DNA of 64,000 bases, from assembly GCA_951406725.2 (NCBI GenBank), contig CATOCA020000001.1, positions 6,262,001 through 6,326,000 on the forward strand, written 5' to 3'. Below are positions 34,201-47,149 of this stretch, piece after piece. Under the pieces are notes generated by a model. That model was given only the letters and a program-made list of their open reading frames with translations. It ran no database searches and was not told where the DNA came from. The stretch comes from Octopus vulgaris. Its lineage: Eukaryota. Positions within the stretch are counted from its first letter, which is position 1. Every line of letters starts with the position of its first letter. A program made the translations under genes and the position numbers.

Positions 34201-37200
34201 TTTAGTTAGTTAGTTAGTTAGTTAATTTGGCTCAAAAGCAAATAGCAAGGCCATGTAGGGGGACATGGAGTTAAATACAGGGTGGTGTTCATGTAAAGAG
34301 TTCAGGCCACTTGAGGTCCAGGGAGGCTTTGAACAAAGCGGTCGTCGGCATCTTTACCATCTCGTCTGGCAGTTTGTTCCACGGATCCGCAACCCGGACG
34401 GAGAAAGCTCCTCTCCTTCGATTGAGATGAAATCGTCGCAGGTAGAGCTTTTCGGAATGACCCCGCAGCCGACGCTCTGGAGCAGGAGTGAAGAACAGCT
34501 CTTTCGAGAGGTTACACTTTCCGCTTATGATGTTGTGGGTGAGAATGAGATCACTACGGCGGCGGCGTTTTCAAGAGAATAAAGGTCGAGCGTCTTCAGC
34601 CTTTCTTCGTCTTTCTTCCTCCATCTCCTCTTCTCTCTTTCTTCTTTTCTTTTCTTGTCACACTATTTCCATCTTTTTCTTCTTCTTCCTCCTCTCCTTC
34701 CGCGTCTTTGTTCGCTCCCTCCCTCCACCTCCTTCCTTTCCTTCTCTCTCCACGACCTTCTCTTGATGCTCTCACACTCCACTTTCCTTCCTTCTTCCAC
34801 TTCTTTTCTTCTCCTCTTCTTCCGCTCCCTTCTTTCGTCTTTTTCTTTCTTTTATCTCCCCCAAGCACTCCTTCACGCCACTCTTTCTTTTCTTCCTTTC
34901 TTCTACTCTTTTGATGTCTTCCTTTTTCCTTATCTTTTTACTCTTTCTTTCTCTTCTTCTCCCTTTCAACCATCTATATTCACTCTTTCTTTATTTTAAG
35001 TTCTTCTTTCTTCTATTTTCCGTATAATTTCTTCTATCTCCTTTATTTTTCTTCCTCCATCTTTTCTTGTTCTTTTCTTCCTTCTTTTTTTTGTTCTTTA
35101 TTGTAGTTGCTTTGTTCAATTCGCATCTCAATAACTCAGTTTTGTTCCCCAAATTTCAAAGGTTTTGATATGAATTTGTATTAGAAATGGTAACGTTTGT
35201 TAGTTTACATGTTTGCATCAAATATTTTTTTTAGCTGAAGTATATGTGTATGTTCATATATAAGTGTAGTTCTGTGTGAAATGTGACTATATCATTCCTT
35301 TATTTTATATTTTACATCCTCCTCCATTTCTTATTTCAATATTCTCCTTCGTGTTTCGATATTATCATTCAACTTCGAATTTTGTCATTCACTGCACGTT
35401 ATTTATGTAATAGAGCAACTGAAGTGGAAGCGGAAAATATATATTCGAATAATATAGTCACATACATTCTATCTGTAAACCTGAAATACTTACTGTACTT
35501 GTAAGCTGGAATATTTGGCCTGATACAATTAAACTGCTGATATATTTCTTGTAAGCGTGTGTTTTCTAATATTCTTGTGACAATGAATCGATATGAAATA
35601 AATAATCTCTCTCACCATATGTCCACAAGGGTGAGTGGGAATATGTGTGATGTGAGTGTGCATACCGCATTCCGTCGTTGATACTATGAATATAAGAATG
35701 CGTATGAGTGCATTTGAATATGTTGATTTCTGATTCCGTATATTCCCTGATTTTTCAGCCATGTCTCCTCGCCCAAAATTTTTCGTTCTCTCCTTGAATT
35801 ATTTCCTGATATTTTAAGAACATTTTCAGTTTCATCTTGAACGCCATAATTTTCAATGTATCTTCTTCGTCTTCTTCTTCTTCTCCTCACTCTTCTTCTT
35901 CTTCTTTTTCTTCTTCTTCTTCTTCTTCTTCTCCTTCTCCTTCTTCTTCTTCTTCTTCTACTTCTTCTTCTTCTTCTTCTTCCTCTCCTCCTGCTGCTCC
36001 TCCTTCTTTTTCTCCTCTTCTTTTTCTTCTTTTCCTTCTTCTTCTTCTTCTCTTCTTTTCCTTTTCTTCTATTTCTACTCCCCTACTCCTTCTTTCTCTT
36101 CTAATTTCTTTCTTCTTCTTATTCTTCATTTTCTTCTTTAAATTCTCTTGCTCCTCCTCCTCCTTTTTCTTCTTGTAATTCTCCTCCTCCCCTCCTCTCC
36201 TGCTCGTTTTTCTTCTTCTTCTTCTTCTTCTCCTTCGTCGTCTTCTTCTTCTTCTTCTTCTTCTTCTTCTTCTCCTTCTCCTTATTCTTTTTTTTCTTCT
36301 CTCGCTTCTACATATTTCTTCTTCTTCTTCTCCTACATCCTCTTCTACTTTCAATTTTTTCAACTTCTCCTCCTCCTCCTTTTTCTTCTTATTCTTCTTC
36401 TTTTTCTTCTACTCCTACTTTTCCCCTTCATTGCTTCCTCCTCCTTTTTCCTCTTCCTTCTTCTACTTCTTTTTTCCTCTCCTTTCTTTCTTCCCAATCC
36501 TCTCCGCCCCTCCTCCTCCTTTTTTTCTTGTAATTCCTCCTCCCCTTCCTCTCCCGCTTCTTTTTATTCTTCTTCTTCTGCGTCTTCTTCTAATTCTTCT
36601 TCTTCTTCTTTTCCTCCTTCTCCTTTTTCTTTTCTTCTTCTCATTTTTCTACTCTTTTTTTCTTCTTATACTTCTTCTTCTTCTTCTTCTACTACTTTCT
36701 ACTTCAACATCTACTTCTCCTCCTACTCCTCTTTCTTCTTCTTATATTCTTCTTTTTGTTATTCTCATCCTCCTCCTCCTTCTCTTCTTCTTCTTTTTCA
36801 TCTTCTCCTACTTCCCCATCATTCTCCTCCTCCTCCTTTTTCCTCCTCTTCCTTCTTCTTCTTCTTCTTTCTACTTCTTCATCTACTTGTCATCCTCCTC
36901 CTCCTCCTCCTTCTTCTTCTTTTACTTTTTCCGCTACTACTTCTTCCCTTTTACCATCCTCCTCCTACTTTTTCCTCCTATTCCTTCTTCCTCTTCTTTT
37001 TCTTCTCCTTCTTCTCCTTTCTTCTTCTACTAATTCTTCTTCTTTTTCTTCATCTTCGCCTCCTCCTCCTCCTCCTTCTTCTTCTTCCTTTTCTTCTTCG
37101 TTATCTTTCTGCCTTTTCTTCCTTTCATTCTGAAGTCACAGCGTTTGATGTCGTATCACAAATATTTTCAATATAATCTATTTTACTCTTTCTTTACTAC

Positions 37201-38335
37201 CACAGAGCTCTTTGGGGCAACAGCATTTCAAGCATCAATGAAGGTGCATTTACGGGGCTTTCGAATTTAAAAGAATTGTAAGTTCGTTCAGTTTCTTGAT
37301 ACTATTTTCCGAAAGTAATAATTGATGCTGATATATAAGCTCACAAATGTATAAAATTTCAGACTGAACTAAACAAAATTAATTCAAATTTGAGGATCGA
37401 ACACGATTTAGGAAGATACAAAGAGAATATGAGAGAGCGAGACAATGTGAAAGAAAGAGAGAGAATTTGAGGGAGAAAGTGAAATAATAGGAAAAATATA
37501 ATGTTCCTTTATTGTAGCTGCTTTGATTCACTTCGCATCTAAATAACTCATTTTTGTTCCCCAAATTTCAATGATTTTGATATGAATTTGTATTAGAAAT
37601 GGTAACGTTTGTGAGTTTACATGTTTGCATCAAATATTTTTAGCTGAAGTATATGTGTATGTTCATATATAAGTGTAGTTCTGTGTGAAATGTGACTATA
37701 TTATTCCTTTATTTTATATTTTGCATCCTCCTCCATTTCTTATTTCAGTATTCTCCTTCGTGTTTCGATATTATCATTCAACTTCGAATTTTGTCATTCA
37801 CTTCACGTTATTTATGTAATAGAGCAACTGAAGTGGAAACGGAAAATATATACTCGAATAATATAGTCACATACATTCTATCTGTAAACCTGAAATACTT
37901 ACTGTACTTGTAAGCTGGAATATTTGGCCTGATACAATTAAACTGCTGATATATTTCTTGTAAGCGTGTGTTTTCTAATATTCTTGTGACAATGAAGCGA
38001 TATGAAATAAATAATCTCTCTCACCATATTTCCATAAGGGTGAGTGGGAATATGTGTGATGTGAGTGTGCATACCGCATTCCGTCGTTGATACTATGAAT
38101 ATAAGAATGCGTATGAGTGCGTTTGAATATGTTGATTTCTGATTCCGTATATTCCCTGATTTTTCAGCCATGTTTCTCGCCCAAGATTTATCGATCTATC
38201 TCTTCATATTCTTCTCCTCTTCATTTCCACTTCATTTCTTCTTCTTCTTCCTTTTCTTCTTCTTCGTCTTCTTCTTCTTCTTCTTCTTCTACTTCCTCCA
38301 CCATTCCTCCTGCTCCTCCTCCTCGTCATTCTTTT

Positions 38336-38367
<32 letters not shown>

Positions 38368-41300
38368 TTCTCCTTCTTCCGCCATTCCTCCTGCTCCTCC
38401 TCCTCGTCCTTCTTTTTCTTCTTCTTCCTCTTCTTCTCCTTTTTCTACTTCTTCCTCTTCTTCTCTTTTTCTTCTTCCTCCACCATTCCTCCTGCTCCTC
38501 CTCCTCGTCTTCTTCTTCTTCTTCTTCTTCCTCCGCCATTCCTCCTCTCCTCCTCCTCGTCCTTCTTTTTCCTCTTCTTCTTTATCTTCTTCCTTCTTCT
38601 TCTTCTTCTTCTTCTTCTTCTTCCTCCACCATTCCTCCTGCTCCTCCTCCTCGTCCTTCTTCTTCTTCTTCTTCTTCCTCTTCCTCCACCATTCCTCATG
38701 CTCCTCCTCCTCGTCCTTCTTTTTCCTCTTCTTCTTTATCTTCTTCCTCTCCTTCTTCTTCTTCTTCTTTATCTTCTCCCTCTCCTTCTTCTTCTTGTTC
38801 TTCTTCTTCTTCTTCTTCTGCTTCTTCTTTTCTTCTATCTTTCTTGTTCCCTCCTCCCCCTACCCCTCCTTCTTTTCTACTTCTAATCTTTTCTCTTCTC
38901 CTTCTCCGTCTTATTCTTCATTTTCTTATTGTAATTCTCTTCCCCTCCTCCTCCTTTTTCTTCTTGTAATTCTCGCCCTACCCCTCCCCATCTCCCTCCT
39001 TTTTTCTTCTTCTTCTTCTTCATCTACTTTTTCTCCCTCTTCTTCTGCTCCTCCTCCTTCTTCTTCTACTTCTCCTTGTCTACCTCCTTTTTATTTATCT
39101 ACTTCTACTCCTTCTTCTTCTTCTTCTTCTTTTCCACCTCCTCCTCATCATCATCTTTCTTTTTCTTCTTCTCCTACTTCTTCTGCTCCTTCAACCTCCT
39201 CCTCCTCCTCCTCCCTTTTCCTCCTCTTCTTTCTTCTTCTTATTCATCTTTTTCCTTCTTCTTCTTTCTCTTCCTCTACCTATTCTTCTTCCTCTTCTTC
39301 TTGTACTTCTCATTTCTCTTCTCCTTCTTTTTCTTCCTCTTCTTCTTCTTCTACTTCTCCTCCCCGTCTTCCTCCTTCTTTTTCTTATTCTTCTCTTTCA
39401 TCTTTATTTTCTTTTCTTCTTCTTCTTCTTCTTCTTCTTCTTCTTCTACTTTGTACTACTTCATCTACTTCTCTCTCCCTCCTCTTTCTTCTTATCTTCT
39501 TTTTGTTATTCTCCTTCTCCTCCTCCACATCCTCCTTCTTCCACTTCTTTTACTTCTACTTCCCCTTCATACACCACCTCCTTTTGTCTCCTCTTCCTCC
39601 TTTTGTCTCCTCTTCTCCTTTGTCTCCTCTTCCTCCTTCTCCTTCTTCTTTTCTTCTTTTTCTTCGACGTCTTTTTCTTCCTATTCTTCTTCTTCTTCTT
39701 CTTCTACTTCTCCTACTTCTTCTTATCTTCTTTCTTCTTCTTCTTCTCTTCTTTCTTCTTCTTCTTCTTCTTCTTCTCCTTCTTTTCCTCTTTATTCTTC
39801 TTGTAATTCTTACTCTCCCACTCCCCCCTCATCCTCATCATTTTTCTTCTGCTTTTTCTTTACTTAATTCTACTTTCTACTTATTCATCTACTTCTCCTC
39901 CTCCTCCTCCTCCTTCTTCTTCTTCTTGTCTTCTTTCTTTTTATTCTCTTCCTTCTTCTCCTTTTCCACCTCCTTCTTCATTTCTTTCTTCTTTTTCATG
40001 CTTCTTCTTCCTCTACTTCTTCTTCTTGTTTCTCTTCTACTCCTCCTTCTTCTTCTTCTTTCTTCTTCCTCTTCTTCTTCTTTTTCTTCATCTTCTTCTT
40101 CATTTTCTTCTTTCTTCTTCTTCTTCTTCTTCTTCTTCGTCTCCTTCTTCTTCTTCTTCTTCTTCTACTTCTTCTTCTTCTCCTTCTTTTTCTCCTCCTC
40201 TACTTCCTCTTCTTGTTTCCTTCTTGTTCTTCTTCTTCTATTTCTTCTTCTTCTTCTTCTACTTCTTCTTTTCTTCATCTTCTTCTTCTTTTCTTCTTCT
40301 CTTTCTTGTTCTTCTTCTTCTACTTCTTTTTCCTCGTCTCCTTCTTCTTCTTCTACTTCTTCTTCTTCTACTTCTTCTTCTCCTCTCTCTTCTTCTCTTT
40401 CTTGTTCTTCTTCTTCATCTTCTTCTTATTTTCGTCTTCTTCTTCTTCTTCTTTTCTTCTTCTATTTCTTCTTCTTCTTCTTCTTTTTCTTCTTCTTCTT
40501 CTTCTTCTTCTTCTTCTATGTTAGCACTGAGGACATCCTCAATAAAATGAGTATTTTTGGTCACTCCAAGTTCTTCACATGTTGTGTAGTGGACACTAAG
40601 GACTTGATTCCCTCTACCCATCTATTGACATCGATTTTGCTGGAGTATAATGTAATGAGATTGTCTGTGAAATGTGAAGTGAGGTCAACACGCGTGATCC
40701 GTGTCTCGTTCTTAGACTATATATTCTACCCCACCAGATCACTGATTCTTAGACCACCCACCATCACTTCAGCAGTAAATAAATACACCACTGAGCGCTG
40801 GTGTGGCTTGATCCTACCCACCTAACTCCCTGAGAACAACAATTAGGAGAAAGGAATGATTGCACAGGCAGTAAGAGCTAGCGTAAGAACCACCTTGAAG
40901 AACCACAGACAAAAGTATAACTAGTTTAGTTTAGTTTAATTTTCTGTCTCAAAAAGCAAAAGCAAGACCATGTAGGGGGACAGGGCGTTATGTACAGGGA
41001 GGGTGGTCATACAAAGAGTTCAGGCTATTTCTGGTCAAGAGAGACTTTGAACCGAGCGGTCGTCGGCATCTTCACTATCTCGTCCGGCAGCTTATTCCAC
41101 GGATCCGCAACCCGGACGGAGAAAGCCCTCACCTTCGATTGAGATGAAATCGTCGTAGATAGAGCTTTTCGGAGTGACCCTGCAGCCGACGCTCTGGAGC
41201 AGGGGTGAAGAACAGCTCTTTCGAGAGTTTACACTTTCCGCTTATGATGTAGTGACCAAGAATGAGATCACCACGGCGTCATCGTTTTTCGAGAGAACAA

Positions 41301-42531
41301 AGGTCGTGCGTCTTCGGCCTTCCTTCATAAGACAAATGCTTGAAACTATACATGTAAGTTCAAGGTGCAGCCATTTGTGTCGGTGTATCTGGAGATATTG
41401 CCGGCCTCTTCATGACCTGGTGGATCAGAAAACCTAAGCAATTCTTGGCAAAACTGTCCACAACTCTTCTAATTTACTGTAGGTATATAGATGGCATTAA
41501 TATCACAGTTAAGACCAGCTCTAGTAACGGTAATGTGGAAACAGAGAGGAACATAATGGAGAGCATCCAGCAAGTAGCCAACTCTATCCACCAAACTATC
41601 AAGGTGACTACAGGTTATCCCACCCGGCACCCCAACATTTGACTCCCCGTCCTTGTTACTGAACTTCACTTAGAGACTGTGAACAACAGAGTGCAGCTCT
41701 TCCACTCCTATTACATGATTTAATTAGTAATTCAGCTCTCAACCGAATTAATTGCATCGTTTTGGCAATGATGATCGAGATGTAAGCTACATTTCGAGCT
41801 AAAATAATTGGAAATTGATTCTTTAAAATATTTATTTCAAAGTTTTCGAGGTAAAAAATGGCAGCGTAAGGCGAATAAGTGACTTTGAATCAAAATATCT
41901 CAGTTATTTCCAAAGGAAATGTGTAGATTAATAAAATTTAAAAGAATGTCTTCATGGGGAAGACTCTTTTAGTAAAAATCCCGTTATAAAAATCAACCAA
42001 GAAAAAAGCAGTGTGGCTTTTAGCGACGTAGAATTGGTAACAATTAAATCCACGTCGAAGTGTTCTAATGCTTCTGATATTTGTTTGCCAATGATTTCCA
42101 ATAAAGTTTGATGAGCTATCCTTGTTCTTCATTGCCTTCTGAAGTGTTCAAATTGTAAAGTCAATTTATAGGTACCCAGTATATATCTTCTACCAAAAGG
42201 TGACCATTGTTTTATGTACTTTGAATAGGATTCTGAAAGTTATGTACTAGCCTGATGATGGTCAATGTTATTGCAATAATTATTATTTTATTGTTTTGAA
42301 AACCTTTTTTATCATTACACTGCTACTGGAGTATGTACTTTTACTATTCCTTGTTTCAATAATCAGATTGCGGCCATGCTGGGGTACTACCTTCAAGCCT
42401 TTCCTCATCCTTACTACTGAATTTTTAAAATCTGGCACTTAATCAGTCGGATACCTTTTGCGGATCCACTGAGTTACGGGGAACGTAAACAAACCAATAT
42501 TGGTTATCAAGCGTTGGTGACAAGCACACGC

Positions 42532-42582
<51 letters not shown>

Positions 42583-43622
42583 TTATCGCCATACTAATAT
42601 GGCATTCTTATACAAATAAGAAAAAAGCTGACCGCTTATTAGCTCCATGAGGCCATCGCCTTAAGTTAGCTATTTGATACACAATCTGTATCCATATAAC
42701 CTTTGAACAAGGGAGGTCAGTCGCTCCACACTACTTGGCCGGCAGCTACAGACGCGTTTCGGGGTATTGCCCCTTTTCAATGCAGCGTAGCCAAACCAGT
42801 AGGTGTCGCTTCCGACAATCTCTGTTCAAAGGTTTTATTTACCTAGATTCGGTGGAATACATCCACTTGTTTTCAATAATAGAAATATTAAAATTACTAA
42901 GTCTCTCTAAAAGAGAACAACGGCAGCGTTCCCGGAAAATATTAGTTATCGCCATACTAATATGGCATTCTTATAAAAATAAGAATAAAGCTGTCCGCTT
43001 ATTAGCTCCATGAGGCCATCGCCTTAAGTTAGCTATTTGATACACAAACTGTATCCATATAACCTTCGAACAAGGGAGGTCAGTCGCTCCACACTACTTG
43101 GCCGGCAGCTACAGACGCGTTTCGGGGTATTGCCCCTTTTCAATGCAGCGTAGCCAAACCAGTAGGTGTCGCTTCCGACAATCTCTGTTCAAAGGTTTTA
43201 TTTACCTAGCTTCGGTGGAATACATCCACTTGTTTTCAATAATAGAAATATTAAAATTACTAAGTCTCTCTAAAAGAGAACAACGGCAGCGTTCCCGGAA
43301 AATATTAGTTATCGCCATACTAATATGGCATTCTTATAAAAATAAGAAAAAGCTGACCGCTTATTAGCTCCATGAGGCCATCGCCTTAAGTTAGCTATTT
43401 GATACACAAACTGTATCCATATAACCTTTGTTCAAAGGTTATATGGATACAGATTGTGTATCAAATAGCTAACTTAAGGCGATGGCCTCATGGAGCTAAT
43501 AAGCGGTCAGCTTTTTTCTTATTTTTATAAGAATGCCATATTAGTATGGCGATAACTAATATTTTCCGGGAACGCTGCCGTTGTTCTCTTTTAGAGAGAC
43601 TTAGTAATTTTAATATTTCTAT

Positions 43623-43654
<32 letters not shown>

Positions 43655-43655
43655 C

Positions 43656-43704
<49 letters not shown>

Positions 43705-45082
43705 ATATATGTATATATATATATATGTACATACGAAGGGAATCCACAAAGTTTCCTGCTGCAAATTCACTCACAACGCTTAGTTGACCCAAGGTTATAG
43801 TTAATGTTATTTGTCCAAGGTGCCACACAGTTGGACTAAAGAATCCATGGATGTGAGAAGTAATTTTCCTGCCACAGAACCATGTCTATATGGAGGATGA
43901 TATTTCTACCATGGATGAGAATGTTGACTAAAACCCATATTGTGCACATAAGAAAGTCTCCTTGTTATTTTGTTAGTTTTGTATTTTATTCCCTTCCATC
44001 TTTTGCTGTTTTGTTATCAGGTTTTCACTTAGGATAATTAAGTTAGATTGAAGGAACCTATTCTTGTTCAAACAACACTTCCCACAGAACTATAAAGAGG
44101 AATAAACAATTGTAGTGTGTAATATCAGCATTTACCCTGTTAGTGTTGACTGAAACGCAATTTAGTATTGAACAGGAAAAACATATTTATTTACTTTTTA
44201 CTTATTTTAAAGTGTGTAATATTTGTCTCTTTTTCAGATATTTGTTCAGCAACCCAATAGAAAAATATGAAGATGGCGCTTTCTTATTCCTTCCCAGCAT
44301 AGCTACAATGTAAGCAAACAAGTTCTTTTTGGTTATAAGAAAATAAAAATAATAAAATGAGGTCATGAAATTCTCAATTCCTCGTTAAATGTTGTTGGTA
44401 ATAAACAACAATGATTTGATTTAAATTTCAGTGGATCAACATGATTTCCGAGCACTGTGTTTTATTATCGAAAAGTTTATGTTCAAATATCAGAAGGTTG
44501 ATTTGATCTAGTTTACCCCATGTTTATAAAACACATAATTAACTGGAGTCGAGAGAGTGGCCTACATACAAACCTTCTTGCACACATATATAAATTTTCC
44601 TGTGTGTGTATGCGTATGTGCATATATAAGCATACACACACACATATATATATATTGTTATTACTTATTATATCCTTATGACAACGGAGTTATCAGAAGG
44701 AATAAGATCCACAAAAATTCCATTCAAATATTTCTGATGACTGCTGTATTTGCCTCTGTATTTCTACCACGAAACCATTTGGTATAATATTCTTTCTACG
44801 ATAAGCACAATGCCTGCAATTTTGTGGCTGGGGGTTTGTCGATTACATCCACCCTAGTGCTCGGCTGGTACTTAGTTCATTGACCCCAAGAAGGTGAAAG
44901 GCAAAATCCTCCTCGAAAATTTGAACTCAGAACATGAAAACAGAACACCCTGTAACTGTTGGGTCGATTAATACGCAGTATTACTGTATCGCAATATTTT
45001 GTGATTTGCCAATCTGACAGAAACGGGATGGTTCAATATGTATGATATCTCCATTCTTCTGTGTTAATATATATATATATAT

Positions 45083-45119
<37 letters not shown>

Positions 45120-46018
45120 TATATACACGTGTGTGTGGAGAGGTAAAGAAAGAGAGGGAAATTTAACACAATCCTATCCCTATTAAAGCTTAACCTCACT
45201 GCTTGGAATGGAGAACATTTTAAGGGAGATAAATAGTAGTAAAACTAACAACGTTCGCGCAGTATTAGAGGTAGGGGGGATAACAAGCAGATCTATTTCA
45301 AAATTGTGTTTATCAGAACATGATAGAATTGCATTACGATGTAGCAAAATTCCTAAAAGGTTCAGAATATTCTCTTCTGAAAATCATTTTCAATAAAGGA
45401 AGTGCCGAGGGAGAAAATATTTCCAATACCTACAATTTTAGATATATCTGCTATAATTTCCACTTATATTTAGAATGCTTATAAAGCTAAATCTCTCATG
45501 TCAAATATAACTGGTATTTTACTCAGCAATATTTCGCAGCTTCGCAATACCTATCAACTTTCGCCACAGCACTTATATGACAATACCGTTTGACAACAAT
45601 AGCTCGTATGTCACTTATATCTTGTAGCTGGTAATCTCTATATTGCAGGTTAGCTACATTTAGTAGATTTATCCATATCGTGTATGTCATCTCTTCAAAC
45701 ATATCATCAAAATCTATCATAGCATATCATCTATATCTACTATATCCTCTAAATCTAGTATGCCATTTATATATTGTATGTCATCTCTTTCTCTTCTGAC
45801 AGCTGTATATAATCTGTTTGCCCAATACATTTTACTATATCATGTTTGTCTTATAATTCAAAACTATATCTAGAATATCATTTAAAGATTCTCTAACCAC
45901 ATCCTACCTAATTTTATTTGGTATCTGTTATTTTCAATTATCATTTTCTCATTTCTCCTCTCTAATAAATCTACTGCAGTATGTAGTACAGAGTGGTGTG
46001 AATGGCTTACATTCATAC

Positions 46019-46064
<46 letters not shown>

Positions 46065-47101
46065 CTCTAACTTTACTTTCTACTACCATATTCATGCTTG
46101 AATGTGTATGAAGATGTCTATGATTGCATGTGAAGGGTCAAATGAGAAGGTTAAACCTTCTTTTATTCATTTTCCCTCTAATTTCTACTCAGGCATAAGA
46201 CAATTGAACTGAGAGGTTTTTGGCTTTAGCGATTACTTGAGGACCTCCTCATCAATGGATTATTTGGTTTTGGTCAATACACAGCGAATGAGACAGACCA
46301 ATGAGGCAGCGAGAGCCTGGTCTTATGCAACAATGATCAGGCTTTCAGTGGTACGCTTCAAATCACCTCGCTCAAGCCATGCCCACGATGCTGTATTATC
46401 CTTAACGTCCTATTTATTCCTTTCAAACTGTCTATGCATTCTCATTTAAAGAATGTATTCTTTTCTCTTCTCCTAAGCACTTTGGATAATCCTACTCTTC
46501 CGCCTCCTCCTCCTCCTCATCATCATCATTATCATCATCATTATCATCACCACCATCATCATCATAATCATCACCATCATAATCATCATCATCATCATTA
46601 TCATCACCATCATCACCATCATAATCATCATCATCATCATAATCATCACCATCATCATAATCATCACCATCATACATCATCATCATCATTATCATCACCA
46701 TAATCATCATCACCACCATCATCATCATAATCATCATCATAATCATCACCATCATAATCATCATCATCATCATTATCATCACCATCATCATCATAATCAT
46801 CATAATCATCATCATCATCATCATCATCATATGAAAACTCACAGCTTACTTTTCCGGGTTTGATGGAAAGTGTTACTTGTTTACTGTTTATACTTCAAGA
46901 ACGCTACGAAGAATTCTTGCGTTCCAAGCAATACTGATTTCTTTTAGGTGTTCTACCTTCACACTTGTACCAATTGTTTTCAGTCATGCTGGTAGTTGAG
47001 TGCTAATACTTCCAAATGTACCAACTACTACTGGTATCACCTCTACTCTCTTCATTGTCAACAAACTTCTATTTCTCACTTCAAATAGTCATGGTTGTTT
47101 A

Positions 47102-47149
<48 letters not shown>

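Larger units (their letters stand above)
25200..40520. repeat. Tandem cassette duplication region with long (TTC/TCC)n polypyrimidine tracts
   Basis: CT tracts at ~25200-25350, 26200-27490, 28630-30210, 31350-32560, 34600-35090, 35860-37130, 38210-40520; conserved intron block at 25503-26190 (internally deleted), 27639-28620, 30359-31340, 35095-35850 (partial), 37278-38200. Confidence 0.95.
42577..43625. repeat. 363-bp tandem repeat (2.3 units) followed by an inverted partial copy
   Basis: Units offset by 363 (ORFs at 42735 and 43098); palindrome arms 43239-43430 and 43433-43625; flanked by (TA)n. Confidence 0.95.

Noticed and set aside
25870-38171. Five copies of a 77-aa minus-strand ORF ([11 protein letters not shown]...)
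   Set aside because: Recurrence is explained by the cassette duplication; the start is a non-ATG codon and there are no protein-like features
38117-40825. 902-aa ORF and other long S/F/L/P-rich ORFs in 26000-40800
   Set aside because: They are translations of (TTC/TCC)n tracts, which lack stop codons by composition
42735-43367. Twin ~90-aa ORFs [10 protein letters not shown]...
   Set aside because: Non-ATG starts within the 363-bp repeat; the meaningful signal is the antisense hammerhead
42577-43625. CRISPR-like array
   Set aside because: Units are whole 363-bp duplicates without unique spacers, in eukaryotic context with no cas genes
46434-46842. Poly-His and poly-Asp/Met ORFs
   Set aside because: (CAT)n microsatellite within an intron
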